Part shown: positions 20,406 to 30,000 of the stretch, in pieces
Position numbering within the stretch: the stretch's first letter is position 1
Layout of the letters: every line of letters begins with the position of its first letter
IMG/VR virus record: IMGVR_UViG_3300032296_003759
Reading direction: 5' to 3' (one strand)
Length of the DNA stretch: 64,000 nt
Origin: a virus
Taxonomy: Duplodnaviria > Heunggongvirae > Uroviricota > Caudoviricetes
Program-made: the position numbers and the translations under genes
The notes under the pieces: model-generated
What the model was told of the DNA's origin: nothing
The model's database searches: none
What the model saw: only the letters and a program-made list of their open reading frames with translations

Positions 20406-22021
20406 TAGTAACTTCTAAATTTTTTTCTTTTATTAGGAGTTCTTATTCCACCATATCTAGCAAGATTTCCTTGAAAAGAACTAAAGTTACCTTGCATATC
20501 AAATGATCCAGCACCTCTTGCTTCAGGACTTTGAACTATTGCATCCTCATAGACAGTACTTGTTTTTTGTGGAATAAATATGTCTTGATTATTATCTGTA
20601 GGTACAGTGATGTTTTGGTATGGATTATTTGGTATATTATTATTTGGTGTATTATAATAATTAGTAATTGAAATTCTAGGAAAAGGAGATGTCTCACATG
20701 GTACAAGTACTCCATTTTCATCATACCAGAAAGGTAAAGGATTTCCGAAATCATCATAGCATGCACGATGTCCAGCTACTGGATATTTTTCAGGATCATT
20801 GAAAGGTACTACTCTTTCCCACTCAGGAACACTTCTATCAATACCTGTACTACCTGATGATTTGGGTTCTTTGACAATGTTTGATGATGTAGTTTCTTTA
20901 ACAGGAGTTGGTGACGTAGAGTTTTCATTAGCTTTAAATAAATTTGATATAGACTCTCTAAATTTACTTCTTCCAGTTTTTTCAAATCTTATTTTTCCAG
21001 GACTACATACATCTCCAGGACAAGCAAAACTTCCTCTGCCTCCTTTTCCACTAAATATACCTTTAAAGAAATCTCCAACACCTTCAAATAGATTTCTAAA
21101 AAACCCACCTTTTTGGTAATAGACTGCTTGTCTATCTCCAATAGTTGGAGTTGTAAATTTTGGAAGGCTAGTACTAGACGAGTAGTCATATCCCTCTCTT
21201 AAAGATCCTTGTATATAAGGATTATGAAATTTTTGATATGCAGTTCTCAATTTATTATATTGTTTATTTGAATTAATAATTTTTTCTTCTTCCTTAAAAA
21301 GTTCATTTCTTTTTCTAAGATGTGCATTTACTTCTTCTCGTGTTTTGCCTTCAGGTTTAAAATTTTCAAACTCTTCAAATATTTTTTTATTTTTTTCTCT
21401 AAAATCATTACGTATTTTAGAACGTAGATCAGTCATTGATTCAAAAATTTCCTCTATATTAATTTCAGGACTACCAGAAGTAGTACTAAACATAGCTCCT
21501 AATATACCTTCATCAGAATTTTTACCTTTAGGTGCATTAGGATTTACACCTAACCATGCATTTGTTGGCCTGTAATAAAAATTTCCAACTTTATCAAACA
21601 CAGGAGGTTCACCATACTTCTCATTTCTTTTTCGATTTTCTGGATTTAAAAATAAGTCTTCTGAAAAACAACTACCTAAATAACAATTAAAAGGTCCAGC
21701 TCTTTTTTGTGCAAGTTCAAGTAGTTCTCCCCATCTGTTATTTGGAGTACCAGCATACATAGATCCATGATGTCCAAATAGAAAAAATCTATCATTGCTA
21801 TCAATTTGATTTTTTAAGATAGGTGTAACCTGTTTATTAAAAAAATCTTTACCATATCCACCTACTACTTGTACTTGCTCTTCTGGATAGTATTTTGCTA
21901 AAAATGTTTTCAGATCATTAGCCTCATCAAGAAAAGGTCCATCGCTGTGTTCAGTAAAGATATAATTTACTTTAGGATTTTTAGTAGTAATGTTTGTTAA
22001 TGATGTATTTCTATATACCAT
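20405..22021 (-). CDS. putative caspase-like (C11/C25-type) cysteine peptidase, 538 aa
   Basis: FLFGHHGSMYAG followed about 30 aa later by NCYLGSCFSE. This is the spacing of a His-Gly ... Cys catalytic dyad. Inferred from motif only. Confidence 0.35.
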   Translation of the reverse strand: MVYRNTSLTNITTKNPKVNYIFTEHSDGPFLDEANDLKTFLAKYYPEEQVQVVGGYGKDFFNKQVTPILKNQIDSNDRFFLFGHHGSMYAGTPNNRWGELLELAQKRAGPFNCYLGSCFSEDLFLNPENRKRNEKYGEPPVFDKVGNFYYRPTNAWLGVNPNAPKGKNSDEGILGAMFSTTSGSPEINIEEIFESMTDLRSKIRNDFREKNKKIFEEFENFKPEGKTREEVNAHLRKRNELFKEEEKIINSNKQYNKLRTAYQKFHNPYIQGSLREGYDYSSSTSLPKFTTPTIGDRQAVYYQKGGFFRNLFEGVGDFFKGIFSGKGGRGSFACPGDVCSPGKIRFEKTGRSKFRESISNLFKANENSTSPTPVKETTSSNIVKEPKSSGSTGIDRSVPEWERVVPFNDPEKYPVAGHRACYDDFGNPLPFWYDENGVLVPCETSPFPRISITNYYNTPNNNIPNNPYQNITVPTDNNQDIFIPQKTSTVYEDAIVQSPEARGAGSFDMQGNFSSFQGNLARYGGIRTPNKRKKFRSY

Positions 22022-22032
22022 AAATATATAAT

Positions 22033-23190
22033 TTAATACCCTCCAAATTTAAATTCTTTTCTATCGTCTTGATTTAGAATTCCTCTATTTGAAATACTAG
22101 TACCAAATGACTTTTTTTCGTCTGTTAAATATTGCATAAAATAATCTGCCTCTGCCATATTTGGAAATAATCTTCTATGAGGAAGCTTATCTTCTCCTAT
22201 CCATTCTACCATTCTATTTGCTCCAGATAATATTTTTTGATTAGTTCTTGGTTTTGCAAATATTGTAGGATTTTGAAAAATAGGTGAGTTATAAAAAGCT
22301 TCCTCTGAACTTATATCATATGAAAGACCTGTTTTTGGACTACCTACTTTACTATTTACTTGATCTTTTGTTTCATTCTCCCATTTTTTCCATAGTTTTT
22401 TTGACTCTCTATTTGACATATTTCTATAATTTTTCAAATAGTCCATTGTTATACCTTTAAGCTTTTCAAGATTCCACATATCTGGATTATAACCAGGTCT
22501 ATACAATTTCATTCCTTCAGATTCTTTGAAAGCTTTATTATATGACTCTAAAACTTTTATAGGATTTTGATCAGCAAATGTATTTACAGGATCCATTAGA
22601 CCAAAGTTTGGTGTATTATCAGCATTTATAAACTCATTCAAAAATGGACCACTTAATATTGGGTTAATATTTCCACGTAAAAATCTTTTTGCTTGTCTAA
22701 ATGATTTATTTCTATTTCCCTGATTTTGTAGAAGATAATATTCGTACATATCAGATAGAACATTTGCTTTAAGTTGCTCAGGTGTAGAACCTTGTACATT
22801 TAAGTCTCCCATTTCTGTACTTAAATGAGGCTGTATAGCAAATCTTTTTATATTCCAGTGTTTATCACCTTCTATTGGTACAAATGTTGGACTATAATCA
22901 TCTGGTACATTTTTAAATGCCTTTTTAAATTCAGCATAATTATTTAAAAAGTCTATGTCTTTAAATGAAGTAGGGATTGGAGTATTTTCTTTTATAGATC
23001 TATTACTTATATCTCCTGTTAGATTTGTTCTTCTGGCTAAGTAATTTAAACCACCTGTACCTGGAGTATGCCAAATTATATTTTGTTGTAAAGGAACTAT
23101 TGTTGTTGTTGTAGTCAATGAAGAACCACCTCCACCCCCTTGAAGTTTTATATTTCTAAAAAGTTTATATAAATTACTATTATAATTCAT
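22033..23190 (-). CDS. hypothetical virion protein (385 aa)
   Basis: Long ORF in the operon. Confidence 0.65.
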   Translation of the reverse strand: MNYNSNLYKLFRNIKLQGGGGGSSLTTTTTIVPLQQNIIWHTPGTGGLNYLARRTNLTGDISNRSIKENTPIPTSFKDIDFLNNYAEFKKAFKNVPDDYSPTFVPIEGDKHWNIKRFAIQPHLSTEMGDLNVQGSTPEQLKANVLSDMYEYYLLQNQGNRNKSFRQAKRFLRGNINPILSGPFLNEFINADNTPNFGLMDPVNTFADQNPIKVLESYNKAFKESEGMKLYRPGYNPDMWNLEKLKGITMDYLKNYRNMSNRESKKLWKKWENETKDQVNSKVGSPKTGLSYDISSEEAFYNSPIFQNPTIFAKPRTNQKILSGANRMVEWIGEDKLPHRRLFPNMAEADYFMQYLTDEKKSFGTSISNRGILNQDDRKEFKFGGY

Positions 23191-24938
23191 TAATCTCTCT
23201 TTAGTTTATTTCCTAAAAGTAAACCACTTCCAACTGTTCCTGTACCAAGACCTACTTCAAATGCAGTTTTTCCAACTTTATCCCAATCAATAACTCTAGC
23301 CGGTGTTTCACCAAAAGTAAAAAATCTTCCTGTTTCACCAAAAGGATCTATTTCACCTCTATTCATTCTAGAAATTTCATCAAAGTTTACTTCAAATTTT
23401 TGAGGTCCTCCAGGTTTAGTAAAATATTGTTTTGGGTTACGAATCATTTGTCCAAGATCTTTTGTATTAAATATTCCAGATTGTAATGTTTTTCCTTGAT
23501 TTTCTATTGTACTATTAAATATAAGTTTTCCTGTTGGCATTGTTTGAACTGGACTTTGACTTATTACTTTACCAAAACTTCTAGCATATTGAGTAGCATT
23601 TGGTCCAATAAGTGATAATGGATCAGGTGTATTTCCATATTCTCTATTTAACCAATATCTTGTATTTGAATCCCATATTCTTCCTTCTGGACTTATTATT
23701 AAACCTTTATCTCTTTCTAAAGAAATAGGTCTTGCTCCAAACCATTTTTTAAGATAGTGTTCAGGGAGACTAATATTTAAATCTTTTCTAAGATTTTTCA
23801 TTTTATGTACAATATCTCCATATGATCTTCCTGGTATAATCTGTTCTGGTACATCAACAAGTCTAGTTTCATACATATTAGTATTTCTATTAAATACTTG
23901 TATTGTAGCTTGTCTTGTTGATGTAGCAGTTGGTGCTACAAGTCTACTAGCAGTTGTACCTGCCATTGGTATTGCTCTTGCTCCTAAAGAAAGTGCACCT
24001 TCTAATAATGGTGCTGCTGTCAAACCAACATTTAATATTCTACCTAATCTTTCTTTATACTTATTTGCTTCATCTAAATCTCTTTGTGTAGTTCCTTCAG
24101 GAATACCTAGTACTTCTGTTCTGTATCTATTAACATTATCTACTTTTTCCTGAGCTACTTTTTTTTCATAATCTGTTCTATTATCTTGACTAACTGTTAC
24201 ATTTGATTTTCTCTGTGTTTGTTGTTGACGTATTTGTTGAGCAACAGGTCTACTTGCTCCTGTTTTTTGCATTGTTTCTTTAACAGCTTGTTCCTCTTTA
24301 ATTTGAGGTTGAAGAGCAGCTTTTGTTCCAGCTGACATTCCTCTTCCTGCAATATCACTTGTAACAGGATATTTGTTTTGTAGATACGGTGGTAAAGTTG
24401 TAGTAGGTGTTATAGATCCACCAGGTTGAAAATATTTTCCACCATCTCTAAATGTATGCGTAAATCTAAACCCGCCAGAAAATTGTGGCTTGCCAAATAA
24501 TTGCACACCACCAGGATAACCAACAGAAGTTGTTTCAATATTTCCTGTTAGTCCTAATTTATTTTTTTTATCATTAAGAATATTTAAATAAGTTTCTGCT
24601 CCAAGTCCATGAATATTTATACCAGGTTGAGGATTAAACCCAGACATGTATGGTTTAACACTTACAATTTTACTTTCTTTATTTTTAAATTTAGGAAGAT
24701 TTAAATTAATACTATTTTGAGTAAGTGGAATTTCTCTTATAGTTTCATCTCCAGGAAAAGAATGGATGCCTGATCTAGGTTCCAAGAGTTTTATCTTTTT
24801 AGTATTTAGTCCTATTCCAAGTAAGGGTACATCAGTATTATTCATATCAATAAGTCCATTAGGAGATTTAATATCTAAAAATGGACTATTTCGATATGGT
24901 GAAAATCTAGAGTACCCTAATTTTGAAATTAAACTCAT
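23190..24938 (-). CDS. hypothetical virion protein (582 aa)
   Basis: Long ORF with an ATGA overlap to the downstream gene. Confidence 0.65.
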   Translation of the reverse strand: MSLISKLGYSRFSPYRNSPFLDIKSPNGLIDMNNTDVPLLGIGLNTKKIKLLEPRSGIHSFPGDETIREIPLTQNSINLNLPKFKNKESKIVSVKPYMSGFNPQPGINIHGLGAETYLNILNDKKNKLGLTGNIETTSVGYPGGVQLFGKPQFSGGFRFTHTFRDGGKYFQPGGSITPTTTLPPYLQNKYPVTSDIAGRGMSAGTKAALQPQIKEEQAVKETMQKTGASRPVAQQIRQQQTQRKSNVTVSQDNRTDYEKKVAQEKVDNVNRYRTEVLGIPEGTTQRDLDEANKYKERLGRILNVGLTAAPLLEGALSLGARAIPMAGTTASRLVAPTATSTRQATIQVFNRNTNMYETRLVDVPEQIIPGRSYGDIVHKMKNLRKDLNISLPEHYLKKWFGARPISLERDKGLIISPEGRIWDSNTRYWLNREYGNTPDPLSLIGPNATQYARSFGKVISQSPVQTMPTGKLIFNSTIENQGKTLQSGIFNTKDLGQMIRNPKQYFTKPGGPQKFEVNFDEISRMNRGEIDPFGETGRFFTFGETPARVIDWDKVGKTAFEVGLGTGTVGSGLLLGNKLKRD

Positions 24939-27082
24939 TATCTATAGTAGTTTTTCATTCCTCCTATTCTCATCATTCCTTGTTCTTGTTGCATTTGTCC
25001 TGCTTCTGCACCTTTTTGTCCTTGTTTGATTTCCATTTGCATACTCTGCATAATACTTTGAAGTGCCTGATCTTGCTGTTGAGGACTTACTGATTGCAAC
25101 TGTTGCTGTATCATTTGCATAACTTCCTCTGGAGAAATTCTTTTCATCTGAGCATAAGCTTTAATAGTCATGTTCATTTCATCTTTCATTTGTCCACCTC
25201 CTTGAGCATATCCATAATCATCAAGTTTATCAAGATTTCCAGCTGCTGAAAATCTAGCACGTGCAATTCCAATTGGCATTTTTTGTCCACCATATGCCAT
25301 CATAGGAGCTGCTTGTTGTCCCATTCCTTCATTTTCATCATCATCTTCTTCATATTCTCCTTCTTGTTCCATTTCTTGACCTTGCATTTGTCCTTGTCCT
25401 CCTCCACCTTGTAGTTTTTCAATTACAGCTTGAAGTAGTTGAGCAGCTTGCTCTTCAGGTATTCCCATTTTTACAAGAGCTGCGAGGATGTCTTCTGGAG
25501 ACATTCCTTCTTTAAGTGCTTCAACTATCATCATAATAATTTGCTGAAGTTGATCCTGACCACCTTGACCTTCACCTCCCATCATAGGTTGTTCACCACC
25601 TTGCATTGGCATTGGTCCACCATCTTGATAATTATCATCTGCATAGAAACTATAATATGGATTGTTTTGTGTCATACCACCAAATTCTTTTTTCCAACCT
25701 GCAGAATTTTTTGCAAAGTTAGCTCTTTTAACTGTAGATGCAGTAAATCTATCTGGATTACCTAGCACATAATCTGCAAATTCCTGAACTCCCATTCCTG
25801 CTCTTCGTGCTTGAGCAGTGAATTTTCCTTTGTTCTCTTTTTTAATCTTTATCATGTTATTTGTTTTATTATTAGTTAATCCACCTACCTTTTTAATATA
25901 TGGCATTTGTCCATCTTGAGTTTGTATCATATATCCACTTGGTATATTTGGATTTTGTAGATCACGAAGTCTTTCCTTTAAAAAGGACTGTCTTTGCATT
26001 TCTTCTATATCAGGTCTTGACAGAAAAGGACTAAACCGAGATGGTGGCCTACTTGCTTCTTTGTAGATCCTATTTGGATCATAGAAAGGTATTGCAGAAC
26101 TTTGTCTTATAAGATTTCCTGTTTTTTCATCATACATCCAATGTGGATTTTGTATTTCATGAAGTCTTTCCTTTAAAAAGGATTCCATTAACCTTCCCTG
26201 CATATTTTGTCTAAGTGATTGAAGTTGTACTGAATCACCTATATATGGTGGTTTTGTTGTCTGATTTGTAATTGACTGTTTCATATTTGTTCCCCCTTCT
26301 TTAAAATTTATAATTCCTCCTTTTTTTACATATGGGTTATAAGGAGGTACTTGTTTTTGTTCATTAGTTGCCCAATCAGGAATTGGTTGTCTAAGATTCA
26401 TTCTATCTATCTGCTGATTGTAATAATTATTAAAATCTCTATGACTAGCCCATAATTTTGATACATTGTTAATAAGACTATTCCATTTTTCTAATACTAC
26501 ATTTCCAGGAATCTTTTTGTCTTTTATACATTTACGTTGTTTTGCATCATATATATATCCTGCTTCACATACTGGATTTTTAGGTTTTTCTATAGGTTCA
26601 CATTTTCCTGTAAGTAGATTTTTTTGTTGACCATCTGGACAACCTCCTATTGATTGCTTAAACGCAGAGCCTGGTTTAGGAATTGTAAAGGTTCCATTAT
26701 TTACCAAATTACCATTTTCAATCTTAGTATTTTGGAGAGTCATTGTTTTATCTGGATCTGGAACACATTTACCTAATGTAAAGTCATATTTATATGTAGG
26801 ATCATCACATTTTGTTTGAGCAAAAAATCCATCTTTATTTATACCAAATGGGTTTTTGTTTTCTCCAGTTACTGTAAATGGATCTTTTTTATTATATAAC
26901 GAATAGTCATTCTCTGGTATTGTTATTTTTGCAGGAATACATTTATCTCCTACTGGAATATATCCAGATTCACAATTAGGAGGTACACCCCCTGCTGTTT
27001 GCATTATGGGTAATTTTCCACCTTTTCCATATTTGACTTTTCCACCACACTTCATGCATGGTTTTCCATTTCTCATTTTCAT
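24938..27082 (-). CDS. hypothetical virion protein (714 aa) with Cys-rich N-terminus, an internal duplicated SFLKERLxxLQNP module and an extreme Q/G/M/E-rich low-complexity C-terminal half
   Basis: N-terminus is MKMRNGKPCMKCGG...C...C. It has two copies of FLKERLHEIQNP / FLKERLRDLQNP and a GGGQGQMQGQEMEQEGEYEEDDDENEG stretch. Confidence 0.65.
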   Translation of the reverse strand: MKMRNGKPCMKCGGKVKYGKGGKLPIMQTAGGVPPNCESGYIPVGDKCIPAKITIPENDYSLYNKKDPFTVTGENKNPFGINKDGFFAQTKCDDPTYKYDFTLGKCVPDPDKTMTLQNTKIENGNLVNNGTFTIPKPGSAFKQSIGGCPDGQQKNLLTGKCEPIEKPKNPVCEAGYIYDAKQRKCIKDKKIPGNVVLEKWNSLINNVSKLWASHRDFNNYYNQQIDRMNLRQPIPDWATNEQKQVPPYNPYVKKGGIINFKEGGTNMKQSITNQTTKPPYIGDSVQLQSLRQNMQGRLMESFLKERLHEIQNPHWMYDEKTGNLIRQSSAIPFYDPNRIYKEASRPPSRFSPFLSRPDIEEMQRQSFLKERLRDLQNPNIPSGYMIQTQDGQMPYIKKVGGLTNNKTNNMIKIKKENKGKFTAQARRAGMGVQEFADYVLGNPDRFTASTVKRANFAKNSAGWKKEFGGMTQNNPYYSFYADDNYQDGGPMPMQGGEQPMMGGEGQGGQDQLQQIIMMIVEALKEGMSPEDILAALVKMGIPEEQAAQLLQAVIEKLQGGGGQGQMQGQEMEQEGEYEEDDDENEGMGQQAAPMMAYGGQKMPIGIARARFSAAGNLDKLDDYGYAQGGGQMKDEMNMTIKAYAQMKRISPEEVMQMIQQQLQSVSPQQQDQALQSIMQSMQMEIKQGQKGAEAGQMQQEQGMMRIGGMKNYYR

Positions 27083-30000
27083 CGTAATGATACTTGTTTT
27101 TTAATGTTAGCAAGTTTTACTAAAAACTTATTTGGACCAGATGCAGTTTTTATAAAACGGAATTTATTATAATAGTGTCTAAATTTCTTTCTTTCTTCTT
27201 CAGGTTTATCTATATCTATAGCTAAAGGATTAATTACATTTTTATATCCACTCTCATCTGTAGGATATAAATGGAACTCAGAATTATTAAATTCACCTCT
27301 ATCTTTTACTGTATCCCAAAAATGATTTATCCTGTATTTATTTTCCTCTTTGAATGACAATATATCATAAGATACGGAATTTTTACTACTTTTCCTAGGA
27401 AATTCTAGATTATCTTCAGGGTTTTGTGAGGATTTATTAATATTTAATAGAGGTGATATTTGTTCAGTATTATGTACAATTAATCTATCAAAGTTTTCTC
27501 CAAATACATGAAACCTATCTCTTCCAAAATTTTTATATTTATATACCTCTAAAAGATATTCTATACTTCTAATTGTCTCAACTTGTTGTCCAGAAGATGA
27601 AACAAATTCTATTTCAAATGGATAATCTTTTCCATAAAAATTACAATAACTATCGTAGCTATGATTATGTTTCCAAACACTTTTTCCTTTTACTGTAAGA
27701 AAATTATTATCTCTTTGTATAACCCAATTTGGATGCCAGTCATGCCAGCCCACAAATGATTTATCCATTAAAGAATAAGAGATAGTCCAAGAAACATCAT
27801 TAAAGTAATTTTTATCTGAAAGTTCTATTTTTAATGATTTATAAGTAAAACTATTCAATTTGTCACTCCATACAATATCTTTTGCAAACTCTTTTACCGG
27901 TGAAAAGTCTCTTTTACAAATATATAATGTTTCAGCTTTACTATCAATAACCATTTGATAACCCACTCCAGATATTGGATTTTCAATCCTGGGATAACTT
28001 GGAAAATACTTATATAAAAATATAGGCATGTAATTTTGACACCAGAAAGCTATTCCAGACATTGATATGTCATTTAATGCTTGGTCAAATGACATAATTC
28101 TACCCGGATTCTCAGAGACATAAAATCTTCCCATGTGGGTATTTGAGAATGCAAATCTAGAAGTAGATAATCCAAAGTTATCATCAGTTGGCATTATTTC
28201 TCTTGGATCTTGGGCAAATAGACCCCCATCACCAATTGTAATCTTTCTTCCTGTATTATCTAATTGTAAGAAATCTCTTCCCATAGAAATATATGGAGAA
28301 GATTTGGAAAATAAGAAAAGTAATCTATCTTGATCAATTTTATTAATTGAAGTAAGTTTTCCAAAATCACTTGTATTAAATGAAAAGAAATTTAATGGTA
28401 AAAAATATTGCCAGTTATCAACTTCTTGAAGATTAAATGAAGGAAGTGAATAAATTACAGAGTTTGGTTGTTTTGATGGAACTCTATTTTCTGGATCAAA
28501 ATCAGGTCTTTGTTGCAAAGATCCAACCTCTGTAGGATATATATCAAAATAAGCATTACTTATTTTAAATTCTTCGTCTACTTTTAATCTATCAGATCTA
28601 AAAATATTAGATAGATTTTTATTATCTTTTGAGTAAAATGGTTCTTTTGTTTTAATATCTCTAAAATTTATATTATAGTCACACTCTACAATAAGTTCAA
28701 CTGCACAATTGTTTGATAAATACATGTAAGAGTTACTAACTCTTCCAATAGTTGACCAATCATCAGATCTTCTACAATCTAAATTATATTTTGTATCAGT
28801 AGATCCTAGAAATCTTTGTTCAGTTATTACATTCTGTGGTACAACAAATCCTGCTATTTCAAATCTATTTGAATCAAGCCAATATCTAGGAAATCCAATA
28901 TTTCTGTACATTTGATAATTATATTCTACTCCATCTGGAAAATTTGCATTTGAAAGATTTTGAGTAAAGAACTGCATTTTTTTCATGAAATAAAATCTTG
29001 TAATAATACAATCTCCACCATATAAAATTGGCGAGTTAGTTAAGTCTTCTTCTTCATCAAACTTTAATACACAAGAGTGTATAGATACTGTTTTACTACT
29101 ACCAAGTGACCCATACTGATTTGGATTTTTTGCTTTAGATGTAACATAAAAAGCAGATCCAACCGAACTAACAGCAGATCCAACATTATTGCATAATCCA
29201 AATCCTGATATTGTATTTCTTGTATTATCTACAGTAGTTGCTGGAGGTATTTCTTTATTTAGTTGAATATATACACTCTTCTCTCTTAGAAAATTATTAA
29301 ATATATCATTTCCTATACCAATAGTATCAGATGGCAAATAAACAAATGGTCTAAGTAATCTTCTTCTTCTATTTCCTTTTCTAACTCTTTTAGTTTTATT
29401 AAATACAGCTTTTGCATTATATTGATATACATAATCTGTAAACGTACAAAAATTATATATTGTATCTATCACTTTATTTGCTTCAGCAACACCTCTCACA
29501 AATGCAAATCCTGTTTTTACAGTTGCTGCAGCTATTACAACAAGTATTGTTTTGATTTTCTTTATTACTCTTGATAATCTAGATGCACCATTAGCTGCAC
29601 CAGAAATACTAGCAGTAGAAGCTGCTTGTGCTTGAATATATCCTGCAATATCAAATCCTATAAGATCTTCAATCCCAGTAAGACTAAATTCACTTTCTAC
29701 TCTTGAATTACCTGTTCTTCCACTATTTGTACCACCTGTAATTTCTCCTGAATCTGCTGCTACTTTTTCCTTATTTTTTCCAAACAAAACAAGAGTCATT
29801 TCAATAATTCCTACTACAGCAGCTATCCAGTATGCTATTTGATTTAATAATTTTAATCTAGGATGATTATGTACTTTTTCAAAGTTCCCTGTTACATCTG
29901 CTATTTCTTCACATTCTATTTTTATTTCTTGACCAAGACTATATTTAGGATCAAATGATGTATGAGGTGAATAAAAGTTAAATCTATCTAAATGAAATGT

